Shown: positions 1 through 9,528, numbered from the stretch's first letter. The stretch is 64,000 bases of DNA from Candidatus Caldarchaeum sp. (GCA_038740895.1 JAVYLK010000001.1:105490-169489), one strand, 5' to 3'. A program made the numbers and translations. Notes: generated by a model from the sequence alone, not told the origin.

Positions 1-306
1 CTCTACGGCCTCGTGCTGGTTTACGGCGTGAAGAAGCTACGCCCCACTGTCTCAACACGGCTGACGAGTGTTCAGCCCAGGCCGTTGAACACAGCTCCAG
101 CTCAGAAAGCCTTGGCCAAACCTGTGGAAGACGCTCAGTTGTTAGAGTACAGGAAGAGACTGGAGAGGCTGGACGAAGCCGTCAAGCTCATCGAGGAGAA
201 GCTCAAGACACCGGTCAAGCAGACTGAAGATGAGCAGCAGGTCGTGGAAGACACCGGCGTGGTGGAGGGGGGTGGAGGAGTTGAGAAAGGTCCTCGACCT
301 GGCTAA
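1..306 (+). CDS. 3' fragment of a gene starting upstream of the window; hypothetical protein with hydrophobic segment then charged coiled-coil-like tail
   Basis: Reading frame is open from nt 1 (LYGLVLVYGV...). ORF track frame 13..306 ends at a stop at 306. C-terminal EEKLKTP...EDEQQVVED is low complexity. No recognisable domain. Confidence 0.3.
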   Translation, partial: LYGLVLVYGVKKLRPTVSTRLTSVQPRPLNTAPAQKALAKPVEDAQLLEYRKRLERLDEAVKLIEEKLKTPVKQTEDEQQVVEDTGVVEGGGGVEKGPRPG

Positions 307-399
307 GAGCCTGCGGGATGAGATTTCTAAGATTTCGCTGGGCGAGGTTCCGGCGGAGAAACCGTCAAATAGCCGGAAAAAAACCCATGAGCCGTTGCT

Positions 400-1443
400 T
401 TGACTTGTATGTTCCGACAAATTCGTATAAACGCTAAATACCGAGGATATACCCGTAAACTCATGCTCAAGCCACCCGTGGATCAGCTAGAAAAATACTA
501 CAAAACTATACGAACCCGTAGGTCCTACCTGATACTCAACGTCCAAGCAATAGCCAGCAAAGCCGTCCGGGAATGGCTGGACGGCCGCGGCTTTCTCGAG
601 CTTCTCCCGCCCATCATAGGGCCCGTGACCGACCCGGGAATAAGAGGAGCCAAGCAGGCCACCATCGACTACTACGGCCGAGAGTACAAGGTGATGAGCA
701 GCGCCATACTCTATAAGCAGATGCTTGCCACAGCCTTCGGTAAAATCTACTTCTTCTCTCCCAACATAAGGCTGGAACCCCTCGAGTCGGCTACAACGGG
801 GAGGCACCTAGTTGAGTTTGTCCAGATAGACATCGAAGAAGCTGACGCCGACTACAGGGCAGCCATGACGACTGCCGAGAACCTTCTAACCCACACCGTC
901 AACACCGTAGCCGAGAAGGCTAAGCCTTATCTCGATGAGCTCGGCAGAAAGCTGCCTAGGTTCAGCCCGCCTTTCAAAAAGATACAACACGCTGAAGCAG
1001 TCGAAATACTCAAGTCCCACGGAGAGAAGCTCAACCCAACAGCCGAGATACCGTGGCCTCAGGAGGAGAAACTCTCCCGCATAATCGGCGAGCCTTTCTT
1101 CATCATCGACTACCCACGTGGAGCCAGAGGATTCTACGACAGGGAGGACCCGAGCAGGCCGGGCATACTGAAGGACTTCGACCTCATGTACCCGGAGGGG
1201 TTCGGCGAAGCTGCTTCAGGGGCGGAGAGAGAGTATGAGTACGGGAAGGTCTTGGCCAGGCTGAGGGAGAGCGGTGAGAACCCCGCCAAGTACGGCTGGT
1301 ACCTCGACATGCTGAAGGAAGGCATCAAGCCTACGTCGGGTTTCGGCATAGGGCTGGAGAGGCTCACCCGATACCTGTGCGGGCTTCAGGCCGTCTGGGA
1401 GGCAAGACCCTATCCAAAAGTTGCTGGAGTCTACTCTCCGTGA
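400..1443 (+). CDS. Class II aminoacyl-tRNA-synthetase-like catalytic core protein (AsnA / aspartate-ammonia ligase-like, or AsxRS paralog)
   Basis: 347 aa. Class II motif 2-like segment RLEPLESATTGRHLVEFVQIDIE and motif 3-like GFGIGLERLTRYLCG. Size fits archaeal AsnA-type ligases, and there is no anticodon-binding domain. The true start may be internal (MLKPP at about nt 463). Confidence 0.5.
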   Translation: MTCMFRQIRINAKYRGYTRKLMLKPPVDQLEKYYKTIRTRRSYLILNVQAIASKAVREWLDGRGFLELLPPIIGPVTDPGIRGAKQATIDYYGREYKVMSSAILYKQMLATAFGKIYFFSPNIRLEPLESATTGRHLVEFVQIDIEEADADYRAAMTTAENLLTHTVNTVAEKAKPYLDELGRKLPRFSPPFKKIQHAEAVEILKSHGEKLNPTAEIPWPQEEKLSRIIGEPFFIIDYPRGARGFYDREDPSRPGILKDFDLMYPEGFGEAASGAEREYEYGKVLARLRESGENPAKYGWYLDMLKEGIKPTSGFGIGLERLTRYLCGLQAVWEARPYPKVAGVYSP

Positions 1444-1451
1444 GCTGAGGG

Positions 1452-2816
1452 TTGAAGCTTCCGCTCATAACCCTTCTCCTAAGACTGCTGAGAAACCCTC
1501 AAGCATTAAGGTCCCTAACTAAGTTCACGCAGCAGTACCCCGTCGAGGAAGTGGCTGAAAGAGCGGAGAAAGGACGACAGTCCGTCTTCCCGCTCGGCGA
1601 GCTCGACGAGTTCGGCAAAGCCCTGCTGGGGGCCCCGGTTTTCCAGCCAGCTCCGACACGCCACGACATGCTCGACAAACTTCTGATAGTGCCGCCGCTC
1701 TACACGCCCCTTAGGCTGAAGAAGATGGAGGAGCTGATGAGGGAGCCTCTCTTCACAGACGTCGACACCACCTGCAGAGTAGGAGGCTTCAACTCAACCC
1801 TCCCCGTGGTCGTGGCTTCGATGGGCTCAACCCCAATCTACAACAAGGTCAGTCTCGACGTCGCCAGGGGCGCCGCAGAGCTTGGGATACCGTTAGGGAT
1901 AGGCGAGAACGTGGCCACGGTCTGGGGTTATTCAAGAAGAGTCAAGCCCAGCCAGCCCTGCTTTAAGGAGAGGGTGATGACCTACCTGGAGAACATCCAG
2001 GAGGGGTTCGGAGGTGTTTACATCCAGCAGAGCGTCGAGGATGCTTACGACGAGCTGTGGAACAGGGTTTACTCAGACCCCGACATAACCCCCTACATAG
2101 ACGAGGGGAAGGTCGGGTTCGAGATAAAGCTGGGTCAGGGGGCTAAGCCAGGGCTCGGCGGCGAGACTTTCGTCGACAGAAGCTTGGCGCTAAGGCTAGT
2201 TGACAAGTACTCGTTCGACTCCGACCCCCGCAAGGTCGAGAAGCCTCTGTACGAGAGACACTCAGCCCCTGGAACGTTCACACCTGAGATTCTGCGCAGC
2301 ATGATAAGGCTGATGCACAACAACTATCCGAGGGCTAGGGTTTGGCTAAAGTCCGGCCCGTTCCGAGACCTCGAAGAAGTTGCGGAGCTGTGCGACGAGG
2401 AGAAGGCTGACGTGCTTTGGATAGACGGCAAGGAAGGCGGAACGGGGCTAAGCCCCGTAGCGGCTCTGAAGGACTTGGGCCTTCCGCTGGTTGCATGCCT
2501 CCGAAAGGTTGCGTCTCTCAAGCAGCGGCTTACGGTTGACTTCGTCTGCTCTGGGCGGGTCGTTGACGGAGGCGACGTGGTCAAGGTTCTCTGCTTCAAG
2601 GCAGCGGCCTCTGGCCTCGGAAGGCCGATCGTGGTCGCAGCTTACCGGAACGGCGTCCAAGGAGTCAAGAACTACCTGGAGGCTTTGAAGACGGAGGTCC
2701 AGATGCTCACCTCGGCCGTTGGAAAGTACCGAGTGTCTGAGCTAGGCTTGGAGGACGTCTACGCAATCAACACCCAGCTGGCCAGAGACTTAGGTATAGC
2801 GAGCATCTATGACTGA
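1452..2816 (+). CDS. Glutamate synthase large-subunit domain-2-like FMN-binding protein (standalone archaeal GltB-like)
   Basis: 454 aa. GIPLGIGENVA and WIDGKEGGTGLSPVAALKDLGLPLVACL match the FMN / 2-oxoglutarate-binding central domain of GltS. Confidence 0.55.
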   Translation: MKLPLITLLLRLLRNPQALRSLTKFTQQYPVEEVAERAEKGRQSVFPLGELDEFGKALLGAPVFQPAPTRHDMLDKLLIVPPLYTPLRLKKMEELMREPLFTDVDTTCRVGGFNSTLPVVVASMGSTPIYNKVSLDVARGAAELGIPLGIGENVATVWGYSRRVKPSQPCFKERVMTYLENIQEGFGGVYIQQSVEDAYDELWNRVYSDPDITPYIDEGKVGFEIKLGQGAKPGLGGETFVDRSLALRLVDKYSFDSDPRKVEKPLYERHSAPGTFTPEILRSMIRLMHNNYPRARVWLKSGPFRDLEEVAELCDEEKADVLWIDGKEGGTGLSPVAALKDLGLPLVACLRKVASLKQRLTVDFVCSGRVVDGGDVVKVLCFKAAASGLGRPIVVAAYRNGVQGVKNYLEALKTEVQMLTSAVGKYRVSELGLEDVYAINTQLARDLGIASIYD

Positions 2817-3266
2817 GGTTCCGATGGATTTCAAAAACATAAAGTCCTCTTCGGGTATCCTCCTGACGCTTCCCCTGAAGTAGTACATCCACTTCTCCTT
2901 CTTCCTGATGAATGACAGCCTCTCCACGACCTCCTCAGCCTTGACTGGTCTTCGCCACAGGCTCGCTTTTTTGAGAGGTATGTAGTGGGTCAGCTTCTCG
3001 GAGGGATGTCCCACCACGTGGAACCTGATTTCGTCGGTTATCGGCTTAGCCCGTTGGTGGAACTCTCCGTCCCCTATGAACATCCGGCCCTCACGCCCAG
3101 TCATGTAGAAAACAGCGTGTCCACCCTCCTCCAGAGCCTTCATCGATGCAACACGCCTGCTGACAAGCCAGAACCCCTCCCTCAACCTAACCAACGCCAC
3201 CTCCCTCGCCGGCAGAACTTTACCGCCGACGACGTGGTCCTTTACAACGAAAACCCAGGAACCCAC
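2790..3266 (-). CDS. Hypothetical protein, possibly a PUA-like (EVE/ASCH) fold
   Basis: 158 aa ORF filling the gap between neighbouring genes. N-terminal WVFVVKDHVVGGKV resembles EVE/ASCH openings. No firm motif. Confidence 0.35.
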   Translation of the reverse strand: MGSWVFVVKDHVVGGKVLPAREVALVRLREGFWLVSRRVASMKALEEGGHAVFYMTGREGRMFIGDGEFHQRAKPITDEIRFHVVGHPSEKLTHYIPLKKASLWRRPVKAEEVVERLSFIRKKEKWMYYFRGSVRRIPEEDFMFLKSIGTSVIDARYT

Positions 3267-3297
3267 GGTTTCTACAAGCTGGAGGTAAATATATCTA

Positions 3298-5115
3298 TTA
3301 CAGTACTGTGACGGACTTGGCTAGGTTTCTGGGCTTGTCGGGGTCGTAGCCCTTTTCGACCGCGATGTGGTACGCAAGAAGCTGGAACGGAACGGCGTAG
3401 GTTATGGGCGTCAGCAGAGGGTGAGTGCGGGGCAGGCCGATGTAAAAGTCGGCAAGCTCCTTCAGCTCGTTGTCAGCCTCGTCTCCGAAAACAACCACGT
3501 AAGCTCCCCTAGCCTTCATCTCCATGATGCTTCCTATGTTCATCTTCCTGTACTCGTCGGGTGGAGAGACAAAAATAACCGGGATAGATTCCTCCACGAC
3601 GCTAATCGGGCCATGCTTGCTCTCGCCAGCCGGGTAGGCTATGCAAGGGATGTAGGAAAGCTCCATAACCTTCAACCTCCCCTCGTAGGCTGTCGCCGTC
3701 GATATACCTCGGCCGAGGATGAAAAGGAAAGGCTTGGAGGCCAGAACCTTCGAAAGCTCGACTGCCTTAGCCGCCGTCCTCAGCAAGACGTTTTCGACAA
3801 CCTGAGGAGTCTTAAGAATTTCGGCCTTGAACTCATCCATCTCGTACTGGGCTATCTTGCCCCGCAGCCTCGCAAGCCTCAACGCTATCTGAGCAAGAAC
3901 GATGACCTGTGAGGTGAAGGTCTTAGTAGCCGCAACGCCTATCTCAGGCCCGGAGTTCTGCAGCACGTAGGCTCTTGATATCCTAGTCAGAGTCGAGCCA
4001 ACTGTGTTGGTGAGGCCAAGTATTGTGCAGGCCCTAAGCCTGGCAAAGTCAAGTGCCGTCAGCACGTCAGCCGTCTCGCCTGACTGGCTAACAGCCAGCA
4101 CTACAGTGTCAGCTCCCACAGACCCTCCGTAGTTAGGAATGAACTCGGACGCTATCACGGGGTAGGATGCGAGTCGTGCTAGTTGAGATAATTGGTAGCT
4201 GCCGGCCAGGCACGCGTTGTAAGAGGTGCCGGCGCCCAGCAGAAAGATAGCACGCCCCTTGTCAAGCAGCTCCGCCAACAGGTCAACATACTGCTGCTGA
4301 AGCCTCAGCGAATCCATTAGAGTCAGAGGCTGCTCGTAAATCTCTTTGAGCATGAAGTGAGGATGACCCTGCTTCTCAGCTGTTTCTACCGACATCGCGA
4401 CTTTTTTGACGGGGCGTTCAACCAACTCGCCCGTGTCGATTCTATAAATGCTGTATCTGTCGCTCGCCAACACAGCCATGTCTCTGTCATGCAGGAAAAC
4501 CATGTCGTTGGTCATGTCGAGGAGGGCGGTTATGTCGGAAGCTGCCATGTTGAAGCCTTTGCCGACTCCGATGATTAGAGGAGCCTCCTTCCTCGCCACA
4601 AAAAGCCTTCGGGGATCTTTTGTAGAGATAAGTGCGAGAGCGTAGCTACCCTCCAGCTTCCGCAGAGACTTGGCGAAAGCCTGCTCCAGGCTGTCCCCTG
4701 ACTTTAGATGCTCCTCAACGAGGTGTGGTATGACCTCGGTGTCTGTCTTTGAGGAAAACGAGTGGTTGAGGTCTATTAGTTCCTTCTTCAGCTGGAGGAA
4801 GTTTTCGATCACTCCGTTGTGTACGACGGCTATGGTGTTGCTGCAGTCTGAGTGTGGGTGAGCGTTGGCTTTAGTCGGAGCTCCGTGAGTAGCCCATCTA
4901 GTATGAGCTACTCCTATGGTGCCAGGCAACCTGTCAAGACCGAGCCTATTGTTAATGTCGTCAATCCTACCCGCATCCTTCTCAACCAAAAGCGTGTCTG
5001 AATGGATGGTGGCCACTCCAGCCGAGTCATACCCCCTGTACTCAAGCCTCCTCAGAGCCCTTACCAGTATGGATGAAGCCGGTTCCGAGCCCACGTATCC
5101 TACGATGCCGCACAC
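3298..5115 (-). CDS. glmS: Glutamine--fructose-6-phosphate aminotransferase (isomerising)
   Basis: N-terminal catalytic Cys directly after the start (CGIVGYVG, with a GTG start placed before the Cys rather than the upstream ORF-track Met). Ntn glutaminase domain followed by two SIS domains. Length about 605 aa. Confidence 0.9.
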   Translation of the reverse strand: MCGIVGYVGSEPASSILVRALRRLEYRGYDSAGVATIHSDTLLVEKDAGRIDDINNRLGLDRLPGTIGVAHTRWATHGAPTKANAHPHSDCSNTIAVVHNGVIENFLQLKKELIDLNHSFSSKTDTEVIPHLVEEHLKSGDSLEQAFAKSLRKLEGSYALALISTKDPRRLFVARKEAPLIIGVGKGFNMAASDITALLDMTNDMVFLHDRDMAVLASDRYSIYRIDTGELVERPVKKVAMSVETAEKQGHPHFMLKEIYEQPLTLMDSLRLQQQYVDLLAELLDKGRAIFLLGAGTSYNACLAGSYQLSQLARLASYPVIASEFIPNYGGSVGADTVVLAVSQSGETADVLTALDFARLRACTILGLTNTVGSTLTRISRAYVLQNSGPEIGVAATKTFTSQVIVLAQIALRLARLRGKIAQYEMDEFKAEILKTPQVVENVLLRTAAKAVELSKVLASKPFLFILGRGISTATAYEGRLKVMELSYIPCIAYPAGESKHGPISVVEESIPVIFVSPPDEYRKMNIGSIMEMKARGAYVVVFGDEADNELKELADFYIGLPRTHPLLTPITYAVPFQLLAYHIAVEKGYDPDKPRNLAKSVTVL

Positions 5116-5182
5116 GTCAAAACCGTGTTCCAACCTCCTTATAAGCACGCTTCAAACAGTTGATTAACCGGTTAAGCCAGCT

Positions 5183-6118
5183 TTGACAGGTATGGGTAGG
5201 GCTAGGCTTTTACAGCTCGGTCGGGAGACGGACGTCGCTGTAATCAAGGCGTCGGTCAAGGGTTTCAGGTTCACAGACCTTGTCTTCGAAGTGGCTGGAG
5301 CCTTCCAGAAGCCCAACTATCCTGCCAGCGTTGCGGAGAAGCTTGGCGTCAGCAAGCAAATCGTCGGCCAATACGTCAAGAGGCTGGTTGAGCTTGGTGT
5401 GTTGACTGAGGCTGGAGAGGTGGATGTCAGGGGAGGTAGGGCGAGGATGTACGAGGCAACAGTCTCGGGTATGGCCATGCTTTTTCCAAGACCTCGGTGG
5501 CGTAAACATTCCAAGGGCGGTGAGATTCCCGAGAAGCTTTCGAGCTTCCTCAAACCCTTTCTCAGCGGTGGAACACTCAACGGCCTCGTTGTCGTCGGCT
5601 CTCCACACCCTCACGGGCCGTTTAGGTCTGTTGCGACGGACGGACACTACGGCTTTCAGCTCGGGCTGTTCCTCGGGCGATACGTGGACAACATCAGCGG
5701 GTTTAAAGTTCGTCTCGACGTCGACGTAAAGTCTGAGAAGCTCTACGAGAACAACTTGCTGTTGTTGGGAGGGCCTGGTACGAACATAATCACGGCGATG
5801 GTGAACTCAAGCCTGCCAGTCGGGTTCATCGAGGGCAACTACTGGTCCGGAATCATTTCGTCGAGGCAGACCTACACAAGCGAGTTTGTCGGGCTCGTCG
5901 CAAAGTCGCCCAACCCTAACAACCCTAGGAACACGGTGATAGTTTTGGCTGGGTTGAGGGCTTCGGGAACAAAGTCCGCCGTGCTGGCCTTGACCGAGAA
6001 CTGGAGCCGGCTGCTGGAAGCGTACCATGGTGAGCAGAGCTGGGCCGCCGTGGTGGAGGGTTTTGACGTGGACGGAGATGGTAAGGTAGACTCAGTCGAA
6101 ATACTCGAAACCACCTAA
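5183..6118 (+). CDS. Putative winged-helix transcriptional regulator with an uncharacterised C-terminal domain
   Basis: N-terminal HTH-like segment ASVAEKLGVSKQIVGQYVKRLVELGVLTE. The remaining ~220 aa have no recognisable motif. Confidence 0.4.
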   Translation: MTGMGRARLLQLGRETDVAVIKASVKGFRFTDLVFEVAGAFQKPNYPASVAEKLGVSKQIVGQYVKRLVELGVLTEAGEVDVRGGRARMYEATVSGMAMLFPRPRWRKHSKGGEIPEKLSSFLKPFLSGGTLNGLVVVGSPHPHGPFRSVATDGHYGFQLGLFLGRYVDNISGFKVRLDVDVKSEKLYENNLLLLGGPGTNIITAMVNSSLPVGFIEGNYWSGIISSRQTYTSEFVGLVAKSPNPNNPRNTVIVLAGLRASGTKSAVLALTENWSRLLEAYHGEQSWAAVVEGFDVDGDGKVDSVEILETT

Positions 6119-6682
6119 CTCCTTGAACGTCCTCTCGGCTTTCGCAAGGTCCTCCACGGTATCTACATCGGTCAGAAGTCTTTCATCAACCTCCACAACC
6201 CTAGCGCCGACGGTTTTGAGTATGCTCTTAGCTCCAACGTCGCCCTCAAGCATTATCAGCCTGTGGAGAAGCTTTTTAGAGAAAACCGCCGGGGGTGAGG
6301 GCTCGCCGGCCAAGCAGGCTGACACGGCTTCGCAGCACTCGTGTCTAAACACGTCAACAAGCTTCTTGACCACTTTCTTCGTGAACGGCATGTCCCCCAG
6401 AACTATCACCAAGCCCTCGGACTCCGAAGGAGTCCATGAGGCCGCCAGCCTGATGCCTGCGCTCAACCCTCTAGAGGCACGGGTGTTGACCAAGACGGCG
6501 TAGCTTGGAGGTATGAGGGCCTTCTTCACGTCGGAGAGCTGTACCACCACCGCCCTGTGCTCCAGAAAGGATATAGCTTCGACGGCCCAAGCAAGCAAAG
6601 GTCTCCCCATCAGCACGGCGGAGAGCTTGTCCCGGCCGAACCTCTGTGAATAACCCGAAGCGATCACGGCGCCGCTCAGCAT
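6092..6682 (-). CDS. MobA-like nucleotidyltransferase (molybdenum-cofactor guanylyl/cytidylyl-transferase family)
   Basis: N-terminal LSGAVIASGYSQRFGRDKL...GRPLL is the MobA/MocA NTP-transferase signature. About 195 aa. Start is taken at the Met preceding LSGAV. Confidence 0.6.
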   Translation of the reverse strand: MLSGAVIASGYSQRFGRDKLSAVLMGRPLLAWAVEAISFLEHRAVVVQLSDVKKALIPPSYAVLVNTRASRGLSAGIRLAASWTPSESEGLVIVLGDMPFTKKVVKKLVDVFRHECCEAVSACLAGEPSPPAVFSKKLLHRLIMLEGDVGAKSILKTVGARVVEVDERLLTDVDTVEDLAKAERTFKELGGFEYFD

Positions 6683-6754
6683 GGCTGTATCCACGCACCA
6701 TTGCGGCACGATAACCTTAAAAGTGTTTTAAGTACGTATCATTAATGGTACTGC

Positions 6755-7420
6755 ATGTACTCGGCAAGGGAGCGGATAGAGGATTATAGGTCAAGGCTGA
6801 TGAGCCTCGCCCAGGACCAGATGAGGAACGTGCTTGAGCTGCTTAGGAAAACAATTTTGATGCTTGAGCACCTGAACAAAGACCTCGACATCAAGAAAAT
6901 GGACGAGCTTTACACTTCTGTTTTGAAGGCCGACGAAGCCGCCAAGGAATCTAGAAGGCTTGTCGAGAAGGAGGTTTCGGAGATCGGCGCAATCCTTACT
7001 AACAGGGAGGATTTCCTCAGGCTGGTGAACGGCATCGACAAGATAGCTGACACGGCGGAGGGCGTTGCTTACAGGATACTAGGACTCACGAAAGCACGTA
7101 TGAAGATCGACAGAGAAATTCACGCCTCGTTAACTAAGCTTGGGGAAGCGGTTCTCCAGACCGTGATGAAGCTTAGAGAAGCCATGTTTGCTGTCACTCT
7201 CAGCAGCGAGACCTTCCTGCAGAAGATAGAGGAGACTCAGCAGGCTGAGAGGAGCGTGGACGAGATTTACAGGAACCTTGACCTTACTATTCTTCAGCTG
7301 GACATAAAGGTTGGCCAGCTGCTTCTGATACGAGAGATCGTGTCTATGCTTGAGGACATAGCGGACAAGTCGGAGGAGGCGGGCGAAAACCTTCGAGTTC
7401 TTTCGTTCGTAATTCTTTGA
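6755..7420 (+). CDS. DUF47 / PhoU-like helical protein (TIGR00153 family)
   Basis: 221 aa, all-helical. Two PhoU-like repeats with conserved D/E-rich helices (LEDIADKSEEAGENL). Typical size for DUF47. Confidence 0.6.
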   Translation: MYSARERIEDYRSRLMSLAQDQMRNVLELLRKTILMLEHLNKDLDIKKMDELYTSVLKADEAAKESRRLVEKEVSEIGAILTNREDFLRLVNGIDKIADTAEGVAYRILGLTKARMKIDREIHASLTKLGEAVLQTVMKLREAMFAVTLSSETFLQKIEETQQAERSVDEIYRNLDLTILQLDIKVGQLLLIREIVSMLEDIADKSEEAGENLRVLSFVIL

Positions 7421-7427
7421 GTCCGGC

Positions 7428-7967
7428 ATGTTGGCTGAAGGAGAGCTTCTGAGGGACAGTGTCGTAGTCTGGAACCTTGAACACGCTAGGAAGGTTTTCA
7501 AGGAAGGGTTTTACGGCAAACCTCTGGGCATAGCGAAGCCTAAGGACATTAGCTTTGAAGCTCCTTTGGTCCTAGACCTTGTCGAGGCCCTATACCTGCA
7601 GCAAAAGAACAAGCTGTTGGTCTTTTCTGGAGGAAGAACCATCTCTCCGGACGAGCTTGAGAAGCATGCTTCATTGCTTGAGGAGAACTTTTCGATTAAG
7701 TACAGGGTTTACAGAGATTTGAGGGATAGGGGGTTCGTAGTTCTTCCGGGAATCAAGTTCGGCAGCGACTTTGCGGCTTACAGGCACGGGCCAGGCATAG
7801 ACCACGCGCCATTCATCATACAGGTCAAGAACAGGACGGGAAGCATTTCAGCTCTAGAGATAATCAGGGCCGGGAGGCTTGCTACTTCTGTCAAGAAACA
7901 CTTCACCATCGCAGTCCCGTCGGAAGATAAGGTCTCCTACGTGCTGTTCGAGTGGTGGAAGGCCTAG
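7428..7967 (+). CDS. endA: tRNA-splicing endonuclease, catalytic subunit
   Basis: 179 aa. C-terminal catalytic domain carries YRVYRDLRDRGFVVLPGIKFGSDFAAYRHGPGIDHAPFIIQVK (conserved Tyr/His/Lys triad region). Crenarchaeal catalytic-subunit size. Confidence 0.85.
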   Translation: MLAEGELLRDSVVVWNLEHARKVFKEGFYGKPLGIAKPKDISFEAPLVLDLVEALYLQQKNKLLVFSGGRTISPDELEKHASLLEENFSIKYRVYRDLRDRGFVVLPGIKFGSDFAAYRHGPGIDHAPFIIQVKNRTGSISALEIIRAGRLATSVKKHFTIAVPSEDKVSYVLFEWWKA

Positions 7968-7968
7968 A

Positions 7969-8631
7969 TTACTTCATCTTCCTGTACAGGGCGTGAAGAG
8001 TCCTTCCCGTTCTCTTCAGCCCTAGGAGCACGTGCCCTGTTTTATCCGCCCAGCTTATCATGTCAACCTCGGTCGCAGGGTCTGCTGTTATGACGTGGAG
8101 TGTATCACCCGTCTTGACGTTCAGTTCCATGAAATCTCCCATCTGAGTGAGGATCCCCTCACAAGTCTCTCCGAAAACCTTCAGCTCGTGGTGGGGCACT
8201 ACATCGAAGCAAACAACTCCACGGTCGGCGTTAACCCTAGAGTAGTAGTCGAGGGCTTCTCGGAAGCCTGCCAAGGACGGTTGCTCGAAGCATTCCAGCT
8301 CGGCCAGCCAGCCTCTTTCGTAGGGGTCTTCAGCCACCACCTCAGGGTTCGCCACAACATCGTTAGTCCTCAGCACACGGCAGTCAACCGGCGCCGTCAA
8401 AGCACCCTCCATCCTCAACGAAATGTAGAGAGCGAGAGAGGTGTTCTTCCTCAACAGGCTGCCGACCGGCTTAACGCTAATCCTTCTAGGTCTTCCGGCG
8501 AAGTGAAGGAATGGAGTGACAACTCCTACTACGTAAGTCGATGGACGGGTTAGAGGCTTGAACCATAAATCGTTGGGGAGGCTGTAAAGCCTGTCCTCCG
8601 GAAGCAAGCAGCCTTCGAGGCTATTTTTCAA
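7969..8631 (-). CDS. Fusion protein: GcvH-like (lipoyl-domain fold, no lipoyl-lysine) N-terminal domain plus TusA-like C-terminal domain
   Basis: Residues ~10-125 align with GcvH (YVVGVVTPFLHFAGRPRRISV...; ...EDPYERGWLAELE matches the DPYGEGW motif). The lipoylation position reads SLRM, so Lys is replaced by Arg. C-terminal ~95 aa match TusA (CEGIL in place of CPGPL; TGDTLHVITADPATEVDMISWADKTGHVLLGLKRTGRTLHALYRK). Overlaps the upstream rhodanese gene by 11 nt, so the two are co-transcribed. Confidence 0.55.
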   Translation of the reverse strand: MKNSLEGCLLPEDRLYSLPNDLWFKPLTRPSTYVVGVVTPFLHFAGRPRRISVKPVGSLLRKNTSLALYISLRMEGALTAPVDCRVLRTNDVVANPEVVAEDPYERGWLAELECFEQPSLAGFREALDYYSRVNADRGVVCFDVVPHHELKVFGETCEGILTQMGDFMELNVKTGDTLHVITADPATEVDMISWADKTGHVLLGLKRTGRTLHALYRKMK

Positions 8632-9466
8632 TCGGGTACCTGACGAGGTTGCCCCATTCAGTCCAGCTGCCGTCGTAAACCTTCACGCTCGGGTATCCCA
8701 GCAGATGTTTCAGAACGAACCAAGAGACGCTAGCCCTCTCTCCGATTCGGCAATACGTCACCACTTCTTTGTCGGGCAGTACCCCCTTCGAGCCGTACAG
8801 CTGTCTCAGCTCCTCAACGGGTTTGAAGGTTCCGTCCTCCCTTATCGCCTGCCCCCAAGGTATGTTGATCGCTCCGGGTATGTGTCCTCCACGCTGGGCA
8901 TGCTCGTTAGGGTATTCGGGCGGAGCAGTGATCTCTCCCTTGAACTCGGCGGGAGACCTTACGTCGACGAGAACGAGGCCGGGGTCGGCTATCTTCCGTT
9001 TCAGAAGCTCCTCTAGGAAGATTCTGTCGGAATAGCTTACCTTCTCAACCTTGTAGGTTGACGGCTTGGGTCTCGGCGTCTCCTTCGAGAGTTCTCCGCC
9101 GGAGTCGATCCATTTCTTACGTCCTCCGTTGAGGAGCTGCACCTTGCTGTGGCCGTACATTTCGAACACCCAAAATGCGAAGGTTGCGAACCAGTTGTTG
9201 TAATCCCCGTACAGGACGACGTGCGTCTCGTTCGAGATGCCAAGCTTAGACATTAGGGCTTCGAACTCTTTAGCGTCTATTATGTCCCTCGAATCGTGCT
9301 TGTTCATGTCTATCCTCCAGTCTATCAGCAGAGCTCCCGGTATGTGTCCCTGTTCGTATGCGAGCTTGGGGTCGTAGTCCACCTCCACAACGGCTAATCC
9401 GGGTTTGTCGAGGTTCTGCTTAAGCCATTCGACGTTTGTGAGGACTTGCGGGTGTGCGTATGACAT
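8621..9466 (-). CDS. Thiosulfate / 3-mercaptopyruvate sulfurtransferase (tandem rhodanese domains)
   Basis: 281 aa. The second domain has the active-site loop CRIGERASVSWFVL. The first domain is the inactive structural repeat (EQGHIPGALLIDW). Confidence 0.8.
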   Translation of the reverse strand: MSYAHPQVLTNVEWLKQNLDKPGLAVVEVDYDPKLAYEQGHIPGALLIDWRIDMNKHDSRDIIDAKEFEALMSKLGISNETHVVLYGDYNNWFATFAFWVFEMYGHSKVQLLNGGRKKWIDSGGELSKETPRPKPSTYKVEKVSYSDRIFLEELLKRKIADPGLVLVDVRSPAEFKGEITAPPEYPNEHAQRGGHIPGAINIPWGQAIREDGTFKPVEELRQLYGSKGVLPDKEVVTYCRIGERASVSWFVLKHLLGYPSVKVYDGSWTEWGNLVRYPIEK

Positions 9467-9528
9467 GGTTTGTGTCGGGGTTGGCTTTATTTAACCTATT
9501 CTTATCATAAAATAATATTGGTAATATA

